A stretch of 64,000 nt of DNA, from positions 7,812,001 to 7,876,000 of the forward strand of contig JBHGNT010000010.1 in the NCBI GenBank assembly GCA_043228905.1, given 5' to 3'. Both the position numbers and the translations under genes were made by a program. The notes under the pieces are model-generated. The model did not search any database, had not been told where the DNA came from, and was given only the letters and a program-made list of their open reading frames with translations. The stretch comes from Azolla caroliniana (taxonomy: Eukaryota; Plantae; Polypodiophyta). This document shows positions 52,381-62,989 of this stretch, piece after piece (position 1 is the first letter of the stretch; every line of letters starts with the position of its first letter).

Positions 52381-55002
52381 TTAAGACATGTCTGATGGAC
52401 TAGAAGAGCCTTCTGACGTCTCATCCTCATCATCAGTGGCAATCAAAGCATTATCCTCATCCAATTCCAACCCAACATCTTTGTGGTTATGAGAATTGCT
52501 TCTGGTTATTCTCTGTATTTCGTTTGACACCATGTTTGGGATTTTCTCCTTTATTATCTTGATAGTTGCTTGTCTTAGATGACCTGATTTTGTCAATGAG
52601 AAGTCATATACTAGTATGTCAACACGGTCTAGTGCGAGAGTAGCCGTGCTCGGTATATTCTTTCTTCTTCTCTTTCTGCTTGAACATCCGACATCCTTAA
52701 CCATCTCTAAAGAATACTTTCCTGTAAATGCATCAGTTGAATTTGTCTGATACCAATGGACTACTATTGACTTTGTCTGACTACTTTCTTCATCCCTTAC
52801 TAATTCAATAATTTTTGCAATCCAAAATGGATGGCCCAAGGTATCGTCCCCTGCTAATGTTGCAACCAACATTCCCACTTGTAGTTCTTGCAAATTACCT
52901 TGCCATCTTGCCTCAACAGTACGTGACTTTCTTGGTCCCACATAAATATCTCTTTGCAGTGGCCGAACTAAATCATGAAGCTCCATATTATTCGATTGTT
53001 GGTGATGAGTCTGCAATATCGTTGATGTCATCCCAATGTTCCATGTGAATGGAATACGGATTGGCCATAAACCGGCGATGTAATTATCTAAAATGGTGCG
53101 TTGATGGGTGAAGAAAATCTCCCACCATTCAACATCCTCATCACCGGCATACTTCTTAGTCCGATCAATATTATTTTGTTTCTCTGCTAGACATCTCAAC
53201 CAATATGCCCTTTGTTCATCAATAGTACTATTTGGTGCTACATTTTTACGATCATCATATGGCATTTGTTGTGCACCATGTAGAGGTTCATCTGGGATAT
53301 GAAGAAGGAGCCTACAACCTTCTTGGGGCTCCCATTGTGCACTAGATGAGTATTGTTTCGCAAACAACACCGTCATCTTCAGGTGGGCCGATCTTTGTTT
53401 TATGAGGAAGACATGGTTGAAACTTATATTATTAAGAGGTGCAAGCTCCCTACCTTTAGTCCCGTCACTATCCATGCAGAAACGTTTAAAGTCGTATACT
53501 TCTTCCAAGTGTTGTACTTCAGGCTTTGGTGTATATGCTTCACTAATCGATTTGGATAGCGTGGGAAGTGTGAAAGCATTACAGCAAGCAAGTTTCTTTG
53601 AGAACCTACTGAACATTTGATCTATGTGATCATGGGTATGACCAACCAACAAGAAGTTAACCTTTATCTTTTTAAATATGCCCCTCTCTACTAGCATGCT
53701 TAGATAGCCAAAAACAGTTGAGTTCTTATTCTCTCTTGCTGTGTTGTCTAGTTGCACATATAGAACTGGCGGGAGTATACCTGACCATGATTGCAATACC
53801 CTGTGCATGACAGTGACAGTAAGATTAGGGTCGTTGTGGATATTGGGATAAGTTAAGAACACTTGTAGTCTTATAGTTTGACAGTATGTCAAACAACCCA
53901 CTAGATGCATTTGCACGAGACACTCATCTCCAATATCCTTGGGGAGTCTTTGAAAATGCGGCAAACAAGTTTTCTTTTGATCCATGCCGTCAATAATCAT
54001 GCACATATACTTTTCGGGAGATTGAAACGCTTTTTGTCGGTGATGCATAGCCTTAGTACGTTCCAATGCCTGACTTTCACGATGTTCTTTTAACAGGTTC
54101 TTGTAATTCTTGATCTCTACATCTGATTTTCCACCCTTGGCCATACTTTTTAAACTCGCACATATTGAGCAGACTCCCATTCGCACCTTTCGTGGGATAA
54201 CCACGTTATTAAATTGTAACCTCCATAGTCGATTAAAATGCCTATACTGTATGTAAGGCTCAACATCGGAAGACATGTCGTCCTTGTACGATTGGTAAAC
54301 TTCCCTTCGAGTAAAGTTATCTGACAAATGAAGTCTTCCTGTCGTTGGCATAACTTCGCACTGTTTTGAAAAATATACCTCCATCCACCTAATTGCCTGT
54401 TGCCCAATTTGACCCTTACATCCAGAACCATTTTGATCGAACTGTACCCAGGAGCCCTTCACAAGTCGCTCTTGAACTCGTGGCAGCCGCATATTTCCAA
54501 TGCTATGAGTGATTTTAAAAGCTGCTCGACAACACTTGGTATATAGTCCAAGGAAATATTCAACTTGCGTTGCATTAGGCCCTGCTTTGTGATCCAATTT
54601 AAGTTGCATATGCGCAAGAAGAAATGTATCTTGCTCTTCCCCATTAAGCGACAAGTATTTTTGTCGTGTTTCACGTAACCTTGACTTTCCATAAGTTGAT
54701 AGACAGAGATTCGCACAACACGATTTGTTCAAGTCGCATAGAAGTTGACGATCAAAACATAAGAAATTAAATCCCTTTTCACTAACTTGTCGAGGAACTC
54801 TTTTAAATGCTAGAGGTTTAGTAATGCTATTGTTATCTATCGACGAAGAATCGTCCGCTTGTAAGCTTGCATGAAGAGGGCCATCAACAGGATCAATTGA
54901 AAACAGAGAATTCGAAGTACTAGGAGCCACACTTTTCTGTTTAAGCCGCGAATGTTTTTTGTGGTCGTACTCTTCTATTGAGAAATACGAGTTATCTGAC
55001 AA
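52381..55002 (-). CDS. DDD transposase, Sola1-like (DGMDQ / QLDN..ENKN / GHTHDHIDQ), Cys-rich N-terminus, C-terminal BAH-like domain
   Basis: 873-codon uninterrupted ORF. Motifs CC..LC, KCCRAAF..THSI, CSIC; IIDGMDQ (53977-53991), VQLDNTARENKN (~53720-53757), FLLVGHTHDHIDQMFS (~53608-53655). True start unresolved: the ORF track uses TTG, and the upstream ATG at 55055 is out of frame. Confidence 0.85.
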   Translation of the reverse strand: MSDNSYFSIEEYDHKKHSRLKQKSVAPSTSNSLFSIDPVDGPLHASLQADDSSSIDNNSITKPLAFKRVPRQVSEKGFNFLCFDRQLLCDLNKSCCANLCLSTYGKSRLRETRQKYLSLNGEEQDTFLLAHMQLKLDHKAGPNATQVEYFLGLYTKCCRAAFKITHSIGNMRLPRVQERLVKGSWVQFDQNGSGCKGQIGQQAIRWMEVYFSKQCEVMPTTGRLHLSDNFTRREVYQSYKDDMSSDVEPYIQYRHFNRLWRLQFNNVVIPRKVRMGVCSICASLKSMAKGGKSDVEIKNYKNLLKEHRESQALERTKAMHHRQKAFQSPEKYMCMIIDGMDQKKTCLPHFQRLPKDIGDECLVQMHLVGCLTYCQTIRLQVFLTYPNIHNDPNLTVTVMHRVLQSWSGILPPVLYVQLDNTARENKNSTVFGYLSMLVERGIFKKIKVNFLLVGHTHDHIDQMFSRFSKKLACCNAFTLPTLSKSISEAYTPKPEVQHLEEVYDFKRFCMDSDGTKGRELAPLNNISFNHVFLIKQRSAHLKMTVLFAKQYSSSAQWEPQEGCRLLLHIPDEPLHGAQQMPYDDRKNVAPNSTIDEQRAYWLRCLAEKQNNIDRTKKYAGDEDVEWWEIFFTHQRTILDNYIAGLWPIRIPFTWNIGMTSTILQTHHQQSNNMELHDLVRPLQRDIYVGPRKSRTVEARWQGNLQELQVGMLVATLAGDDTLGHPFWIAKIIELVRDEESSQTKSIVVHWYQTNSTDAFTGKYSLEMVKDVGCSSRKRRRKNIPSTATLALDRVDILVYDFSLTKSGHLRQATIKIIKEKIPNMVSNEIQRITRSNSHNHKDVGLELDEDNALIATDDEDETSEGSSSPSDMS

Positions 55003-55352
55003 TGAAAAGGGGGCAATAGAAAAAAGAGATGTTCTACTTGTAGAAGTTCAGACATTTGAGGGAGTCTAACTGTATTCTAAAACCTTCTTTTGCGAAAATT
55101 AAGGAATGCTAAAGCCTAACTATATAACTACCCGAACACTTAGATTAACTATATTATTTTCCGAAATTTTCCTAAAAAACAAATAATTAAAAATTATTTT
55201 TTATTTTAAAAAGAATGCTAAAGTCTTCTATATAAGGAGGTTAGAAATTTCATTTTCATTATCACGTGAAAGAATCCATCGAGCTCAGAGCACAGGCCAA
55301 TTTTCGAGCACTCAGAAGCACATCGTGGACAGCACTACCTCCAGCACGAACC

Positions 55353-58300
55353 ATGAACAAGGGAAAGAAAATCGTCAAGTTAGTAATATTCATTACATTT
55401 TTTAAGATTCCTAAAGATTCCTTAAAGATTCCTTTCCTCAACACATAGAAATTTTATTTTATTTTGTACAACGAACTTGGAAAGCAATTCTGAAAGCCAG
55501 GGCCTTCAACCAAAATCCGATGCAGTGCATCGGATTTTGGTTGAAAAAAATGTTGTTTTTGCGATAAAAAACTATCGCATGGGACCATAAAATTGACGTA
55601 ATTTAAATGATAATTTGCGTGATTTAGATGAAATTGTGCGTTGTTTCTATGTTTTCACCAACGTTTTTAATTTCAGTGAACCCAGACAAAAAGTTCCTTC
55701 ATTTAGATTGAAGATTTGATCTCCGACAAAACGAGATTCTGGCTCCTTCATGAAGGACATGAGTAAAAAGAATTTATTTGACTCAACGGGGGAAGGAGGA
55801 TCCAAGTCATCTGTGGCTACTACCAAAATCAACAAAGGTAGTACGCAATAGGAGAAAACGGTTGAGGTGAAATATAAGGATTACCCCGAACTTGAATGGT
55901 GTCTCTCTTATGTCGAGGAGGATGGGGTGCTGTTATTGATAACGGCAAAATCGGACGGGGAAGGGAAACTTCAGCTTGGAAAAACATTTAATTACGGGCA
56001 TGTAACCAAGCTAGAGTACGAAGACATTGATTCTACATGTATTTTAATCGACGTCTCGAGCTCAGTTGGCGACAGGCGATTGCGACTTGATGAGGGAAAC
56101 CTAGTACCCGAATCTTGCAATCCCAAGGCTTTGCGTAAAGACCTGCAAACGAAAAATAACTTGTTGGTAGCTCTTCGGCCGTACGTGACAGGAGAGATGA
56201 TGACCGGTGAAGCAGAAACTCCACCGAAAAAGTCTAGGAAGACAAATCCTATTCAAAAGAAATATACTAAACGACCACAACCCGAAGAAGAAGAAGAAGA
56301 AATATTAGAGTTCGTGGAAGAAGAAGACGACCAACAAGTCGACGTCGTGGCTCCAGGCGGACAACTATCTTCTGGTGTCCTGACGTCAGAACAAAATAAA
56401 ATAAGAGAAAATATTGTGAAGACTAAACTTGTGCGCAGGGGCCAGCTATTTCATTTGCCCATTACTTCTATCCAAAGGCCCCCCATTGACCCCGTGACTG
56501 GAAGACATCCCTTGGAAATTAGGGAGCCGCACTCCGTCCATGTGCAAAACCTGAAAAGCAAAATGAAAATCAATCGTCACGCTACTGTGGTGCCATTTTT
56601 GGTAATGGTTGATCAAGAACAATGCCCAACAGTAGCAGATTTCAAGTATAGCTTTGCAGACAATTACACATACTATGTAATCGGAGGATCACATTCGGCC
56701 GAAGCTCGACGACAGCTTGTCAAAGAATATCCTCTCACGCCATTCTTCAAATACGCCGAATGTAAGGTATATGCAGGACTAACTCACGAGGAGGCGAAGC
56801 TGCTCGCATGGGACCATAACAATGACAACGATTATAGGCAAAAGATGTCATGTATAGAGAGGATAAGATTTTTTCATCATGAATACCTCGATGCCTTGAA
56901 TCGTTTTGGTCCAAGATTGTGGCCTGGATTGCGACGTCAGTGTTTATTGGAAGTAGGGATTGCAGTGGATGAGAGTACGAAATCCGAAGGTCTCCGAAAA
57001 TATGATTCTTGGTTTCAACTAGCTTTTCGGACCGGAGAGGTGTGGGATCTCCAAGACAAAATATTCTCTATGTGGGAGCGGAAAGAAGTCAAGGGGCAAA
57101 GATCAAAAAAGGGAAGAATTGATCCACAAGTTGAGATGAAATCAAAGACCAAGGGAAAAAGCGACTTGGTAATCGAGGAGTTACCAGAGGACATGAAACT
57201 TTTACCTTGGAGATCATTACAAGGTATCAAAGATGATAGATTGTTAATATCCGTGCTATCTCGAGTGGTCGCCAAGGAATTTAGTTTGGACGAGATGGTA
57301 ACAGACTTGCAAAAGTAAGTGTTTATAGTATATCTTTTCATGAAAGTCTTCAATTATTTTGAATGTCTTATTTCTAATTTCATATTGATTGTGCAGTCAC
57401 AAGGTATACATGAAGATTCAGGACTTGATGATGCAAAAACTGAGTTTACCGACATGGGAAGAAGTTGAACAAGCCTGCCCGATAACTTCTTCCTACAAGG
57501 CATTGGAGGAATATTTTATTGTATTTAGAGAATGGGTATGTGTCTTTTGAATGTTGATATGTTAGAAAGTAATGTTCCCTGCTAACAACAATGACACTTG
57601 CAGAAACCATCAAAATCGAAAAAGAACGACGACAATAATGACGGTATTCCAGCGGCCTTCATCACGCACTTAGAACGTGCGAAATATGAGAAGAGAATGA
57701 CCAAAGGGAAGGAAATGGAACTGCCCGAGGATTCGGAGACTGTAAAGAGTTTTTTGCATAGGTCCGATCCTTTCAAACAGCTTCATTATAGTGTTTTCAA
57801 TGGCGAAGTATCCCAGATGCTCGAACTGTTACCGAGAAGGCACTACACTTTGCTGATAGCTGACATACCATATGGTTTCAGTATTGTGGGATCAACATAT
57901 GATGATGTGCCTTTCAAGTACCCTCAGATCGAGAAAATGGTAAAGGATTTCGCAGAACTGACATTGGCCCCCTTGTGGAGGATAGTCATATTTCATAGCA
58001 TGGGGCAATCACTGTCAGTCACAACAGCTTTGAAGTCCCGTTGTCATGCCACTGAACACATGCATTGGTGCGTTATAGTTCGCTTTTACTCATTACAGTA
58101 CTTCTTATTATATGTACCTCTAATACTTGATTTTCTTTCTCTATAGGATCAAAACAAATATTACACGTAGCCCTGGCGATCGAATGGTTAGTGCGGTCGA
58201 ACATTTTTGTGTGGGCTACTATGATTCAATTACAAAGAAGAAGGCTAGAGCACATGTCAATGAGCGTAACGTGGTTAACTACATTATGTGCCCAACTGTA

Positions 58301-58876
58301 ACCAAAAAATTAAGACATGTGTCAGGGGATAAAAGTATGGTGAACCCTTATCAAAAACCTCAAAGATTGATCAACCGCCTCATAGAGCTCTTCTCGAATC
58401 CAGATGATTGGGTCCTAGACTTGTTCTCTGGCACAGGTATAATATATATATTTAATTTCAATCTTGTCTATCAAGTTTAAGACGTTACTTCTTATATATA
58501 CTTGTTTGTGTTCATGCGACCATTAGGTACAACAACAGCTTGTGCATTGAAGATGTTTAGAAACTGTGTTGCATTGGAGAAGGACCCTGCTCAAGTTAAC
58601 TTCATCAAAATGAGGATCACAGGAATCTGGGACTGTCCAGATCAGGATCAAGAAGTCGGAGCAAAACACATCAACGAGACAGAGATGTTCCAGATGACTT
58701 CACGAGAACCAATGGAACCAATTGATGAAGAAGCAGGGGAGCTGGTGGACCTGGAAGATGTAGCACAGTTTGACCATACATCAGATTCGGGAGAGCTTGG
58801 AGATGACACGAATGAAAACAGTCTAGAACAATCAGCGCCAGAGGAGCCTGCTCTGCCTGATTTGCTTATAGATTGA
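55353..58876 (+). CDS. ParB-like domain plus beta-class N6-adenine/N4-cytosine DNA methyltransferase, 6 exons, ~968 codons; two early in-frame stops in this copy
   Basis: Phase-consistent GT-AG exons 55353-55378, 55677-57314, 57397-57535, 57604-58067, 58147-58436, 58527-58876 (2907 nt). Splicing rebuilds HMHW|IK and DLFSGTG|TTTACALK..RNCVALEKD. Catalytic LLIADIPYG precedes PYQKP..LI.RLIE.FS.PDD.VLDLFSGTG. TGA at 55717 and TAG at 55849. Exon 1 is the least certain. Confidence 0.85.
55505..55545. repeat. Perfect 20-bp-arm palindrome in predicted MTase intron 1
   Basis: TTCAACCAAAATCCGATGCA-G-TGCATCGGATTTTGGTTGAA. Confidence 0.95.
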
Positions 58877-60782
58877 TGTAGATGGCGTAATGTAAAAATT
58901 GAGGATTTTGAGGCATAATGTTCACCATCACTTCATATTATATTTGTATATGAGAACATTTGTAATTGTTTATCGTTTAATTAAATTCACCTGTTCATAA
59001 TTTCCCTTTTTAATCATTATTGGAACCGTTGTTTGTATTTACATATAATTGGTCACCATGGTCTTCTTCAGTTTGAGATATTAACATGATATTGTAATTT
59101 CTCATTTCCGTTAGCATGACTGTATATGAAAAGGCGAATGTTTTTGATAATAAGAGGTTTTTAGTTACCTACGGTTCAAGTCTACTGGTTCCACATAGTA
59201 TAAATGAATGTCGTACGTAATTGTTACTCTTACCAATTACATTGTCATGAACTATATGACATTATACAATGAAACTATCGATATACCCGTCCAACAAGTG
59301 GGGTACTACTTTATTCCTAAACCCAAAACCACATATTTATAATTACGGTTTATGTAGTTTTACTCTACAATTTGAATATGGATACCAATTTTAGAACTTT
59401 ATATTGAACCAAGTCTTCAATTGTGCTCCATGATATGCAAATTGACACGAATGTGGACACATATACAATTTAGTAATTGCTAGGTTTTTTTTGTTCTATA
59501 TTTAACCATCAAGTCGCAAAAGGGGTACGCATGCATCGTATATTTTCGATATCAGGCTAAAATAGGGTACTTTTCTACATCTGGCCAACTATGCCAAAAG
59601 AGAATACGACATATTACCTGTTTCAAATGACCCAGTGTTCCTATTGTATTGTATTGTAGGTAAGCTAGGTAAGAACGAGTAATAAACATTGGTGAGTGTG
59701 CTAACCACTTCGAAGGAGTCTATTCTAAACTCTTAAATCTAATGTTTAAGTAAGAAGGAAACAAGACGCAAATCAAATGAAATGGAAGGAATCACAACAC
59801 TTCAATTAATTGTCACCATAGTACAAAAAATCAACCCTAAATATGTAAGCATTGGCCACATGACTCTTAAACACAACCTAAATATGGGAGATTAAAATAT
59901 TAGTAATTGATGTTTGCACAGTGCAAATTTTGCTTTATGGAACTGAGTTTTAGACAAGAAGTATTTTAGTAGTATTTATTTTCCATTATAAGACATGTGT
60001 AAGAAATATATGATTTTTGGAAGAAATCATAATTATGTTTTGATTGAACTAACATACACATTATAATTTCAAGTTAAACAATTTGGATTCTTCTTGGTGT
60101 GTATATGGTACAAGTTATAACATTTAGTATTAAAAAATATGGCAATGTTTTTGTGTGATTGCAATAGGTGTCATGGAGAGGCTTCAACATCCTTTGACCT
60201 TTGTGTTATCCATGGGTTGTTCCCTTGATTACACTTCTTACTCAATGGAGCACTCTCACACCAAGGCTGTGTTTGGGGGATTGAGCTAACGGCTACGCCA
60301 TTGTAGGCAAGCCAAGTAGGAATGGATGCCAACAGTTCATAAGTGTTCTAACGAAGGACAAACAACTACTTTGGTGAACTCTATATTGAATTCTTTAACT
60401 CTAACACTTTATTACGGATTAAGACTCAACCTCTTAGACTTAACATTAACCCTTTAATTAATTAATTAAAATGAGAAAATCAAAATGAAGGAATCACAAC
60501 ACTTGCATGGATTATCACCACAATACATATAAGTCAAGCTTGAATACTTAAGATGAGAAACTGAAGTACTTTGGTGCTTGAGCAAAGTTCGGAGAGAGAG
60601 AGAGAGAGAGAGAAAGAAAGAAAGAAAGAAAGATATATTAACGTCTTCTAAGGCCAAAATTGGCCCATGAGACAAATGGTTTACAACAAAAAATGGGATA
60701 TTTACCCATTCATTGAAAGTAAAAAATAAAAATAAAAATAGAGTTTTAAGCTAAATAGTTCTAGTAAAATAAAATGGATGGA

Positions 60783-62219
60783 CTCGAAGGGATGGTAGAT
60801 TTCGCCATTTCTTCGAGTACAACACTAAATTGGGTCGGACTTTTCAACTGCAGCTAGACGGTCCCTTACGCAATGGTTGGCATACATTGGGCATCCCTGA
60901 TGAGGTGCTCATTACCTTTTGGAAGGGTCTCTGGCGTCTCCACTTGCTGGAAAAGATAAAGATTTTTTGGTGGCAAATCGGTCATAATGTGGTTCCCGTT
61001 GGCGAATGGCTAGGTAAACGTGGCGGTCCGTTAGGCTGCCCACTTTCCATTCACCTATTGAGACTCTAAGGCATTGTCAGTGGGATTGCCCTCATGCTCA
61101 AAAGGTATGGGATAGAGTGACTCGCCTCCTTGCGGCATGTGACGTGGAAGGAACAACATCGTGGAGTGTTGCAGCATGGCTTGATCACTTTGTTGATAGG
61201 TGGCTAGACACCTTCAATGCGGATAGTTGGTGCTACGTATGCATGAGAGGCAAAATCGCCAAGATTCGATTTGAGAGAGGCTTGCAGTCCGCATCCCCTA
61301 GGTTCCCGGACATTTGGATGCTGATTGCAGGCTTCACCCTGTGGTATGTATGGAAAGCGCGTTGCCTAAAGGTCTTCCAGGATCTGGTGCGGCCCCTAGA
61401 GGAAGTGATCATGGACATATGGTTTGCACTTATTAGCTGCCTATGAGAGCAATTGGACGAGGTTTGCAACCATTCCTTTGATGTGGGTACTACTCGTTTG
61501 CGCTTTTTGCAGAAATGGCGGAACACGCCTATGGTGACTGTTGAGGATCAAGCTCAACTTGGTCTAGTGTGTGAACTCACCTTGAGAGTGAATAGACACT
61601 CCAACGATCAAGTCACCATTAAGTCACCTCTTTGTATTCTAGCATTAGTATGAGTCATATAATCATATTCTATGACACATAACTTATGAGCTTTCACATT
61701 CCCCATGCTCCATGAGCCTTGTAGTTAATGAAGAGAGAGGGTGACTATATAAAGCACCCTCCTCCCACCTTGTATTGTGTTGAGTCTTTCTCCTTTGTTA
61801 ATATACTTTTACCTTGCGTATTCTCTGTGTTTCACACACACTCTCTCTCTCATACACACACACATAACTCACATCTCTTCTGCTTCACAAGAATTCATCT
61901 CTTGATTCTTTACAGTGACACAAGGAGGAAGTGGCCCGAGGTGTAACTACCAGCCCCCACGCTGGCTGTTTCTGGCTCACTTACCACCCTCCCTTCATTC
62001 TCGACCCCAAGAGTTGTCTCGTACTAGCCATCACTGTAGGGCACCGTTTTAGCTGTAGGTACTTACATTAAGTAGTCAGTCTGAAAGGCAATGTAACTAG
62101 TCTCATTTTCTTGAACTTGATCAGAGGGAGATTCCCCGATCTATGTTTAAGCCTCCTTGTATAGTCTCTTTGTAATAATCCTTCTTAACTAATGGGAAAG
62201 TAGCTTCATTTTGAAAAAA
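60783..62219 (+). mobile_element. 5'-truncated L1 (zf-RVT 3' end) with 18-bp TSD
   Basis: KIKIFWWQIGH...CP.....ETL.H..WDC..AQKVW...LWYVWKARC motifs. TSD TAAAATAAAATGGATGGA at 60765-60782 and 62220-62237. Confidence 0.85.
61539..61914 (+). mobile_element. Copia-family solo LTR nested in the L1, 5-bp TSD
   Basis: TGTTGAGGATCAAGCTCAACTT...TTTACA. TSD GTGAC at 61534-61538 and 61915-61919. Confidence 0.88.
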
Positions 62220-62235
62220 TAAAATAAAATGGATG

Positions 62236-62300
62236 GATTTAGCTCAGTTGGTAAGATTGCCCAATGGAGACCAGTGTGGTCATGGGTTCAACCCCTATAT
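62236..62300 (+). mobile_element. tRNA-derived SINE-like head (Pol III A/B boxes)
   Basis: TAGCTCAGTTGG (A box) ... GGTTCAACCC (B box). No intact cloverleaf. Confidence 0.55.
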
Positions 62301-62989
62301 TCTATAGTGGCATCTAGTGAATTAAGAGATATATATGAAGTATATAATAGAGAAAAGTGAGAAAATTGGGTTTTGAACCCAAGACGCAATGCTTGTAGTA
62401 TTAACAACTTACCACTAGGGTAAGCTAATTACAAAATGAGAGAGATAGATAGATCGCGAGCGAGCCAATGTGAATGTCAGTGTTGGCAAAATGAATGTGC
62501 TGAAGTGTATCTATATAGATAGTTAATGGTTCTACCTCCATTGCCCTTGAAGAAGCCATGTTGTTTGAGTATCCTTTGGAATTATATTAAAATCCTTAAC
62601 ATTCTTGTACCTAGTATAAATTACAAAACCATAATGACGATTGATGATAATATTTTATAGATGACACCAACGACGAGAATCTTGATTTTTGAATAAATAT
62701 CCAAGCAAAAACTTGTATAACAATGGCATTATATATAATGTTGTCACGTCAATGCGTGTGTGCTTGTGCTACTCGAGTGAGATTGCAAGGGCCCTGGCGT
62801 GATGTCGTGGGAGATGTACTTAGAAACCTTTGCGAAACCCTTTGGGGATGTTCTCATGCAATTTCCACCCATAATGCATGTATTGCTAAGGGGGAATTGT
62901 GAAGGAAGGCATAAAAAATGAGATTGTTGACGATATGCATATGATTTCTCATCACAACCAATTGGGGGCCTGGTTGGTTCTGCTTCTTT

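Larger units (their letters stand above)
52054..59639. mobile_element. Two-gene DNA transposon (Sola1-like) with ~36-bp TIRs and 4-bp TSD, carrying a DNA methyltransferase gene
   Basis: Left TIR AACACCGGGTCATTTGAAACAGGTAATATGTCGCATT (from 52054). Right TIR reverse complement AACACTGGGTCATTTGAAACAGGTAATATGTCGTATT (to 59639), 2 mismatches. CCTA at 52050-52053 and 59640-59643. Confidence 0.9.

Noticed and set aside
55353-58876. Bacterial contamination or a restriction-modification operon
   Set aside because: The gene has phase-consistent spliceosomal introns, lies inside TIRs flanked by plant repeats, and has no partner endonuclease gene.
52056-59637. CACTA/EnSpm classification from CAC(C/T)G...GTG ends
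   Set aside because: No 3-bp TSD at those boundaries and the transposase lacks TnpD motifs. Extending the TIR by 2 bp gives a 4-bp CCTA duplication that fits Sola-like elements.
62236-62300. Functional tRNA gene
   Set aside because: A/B boxes are present but the acceptor and anticodon stems do not pair.
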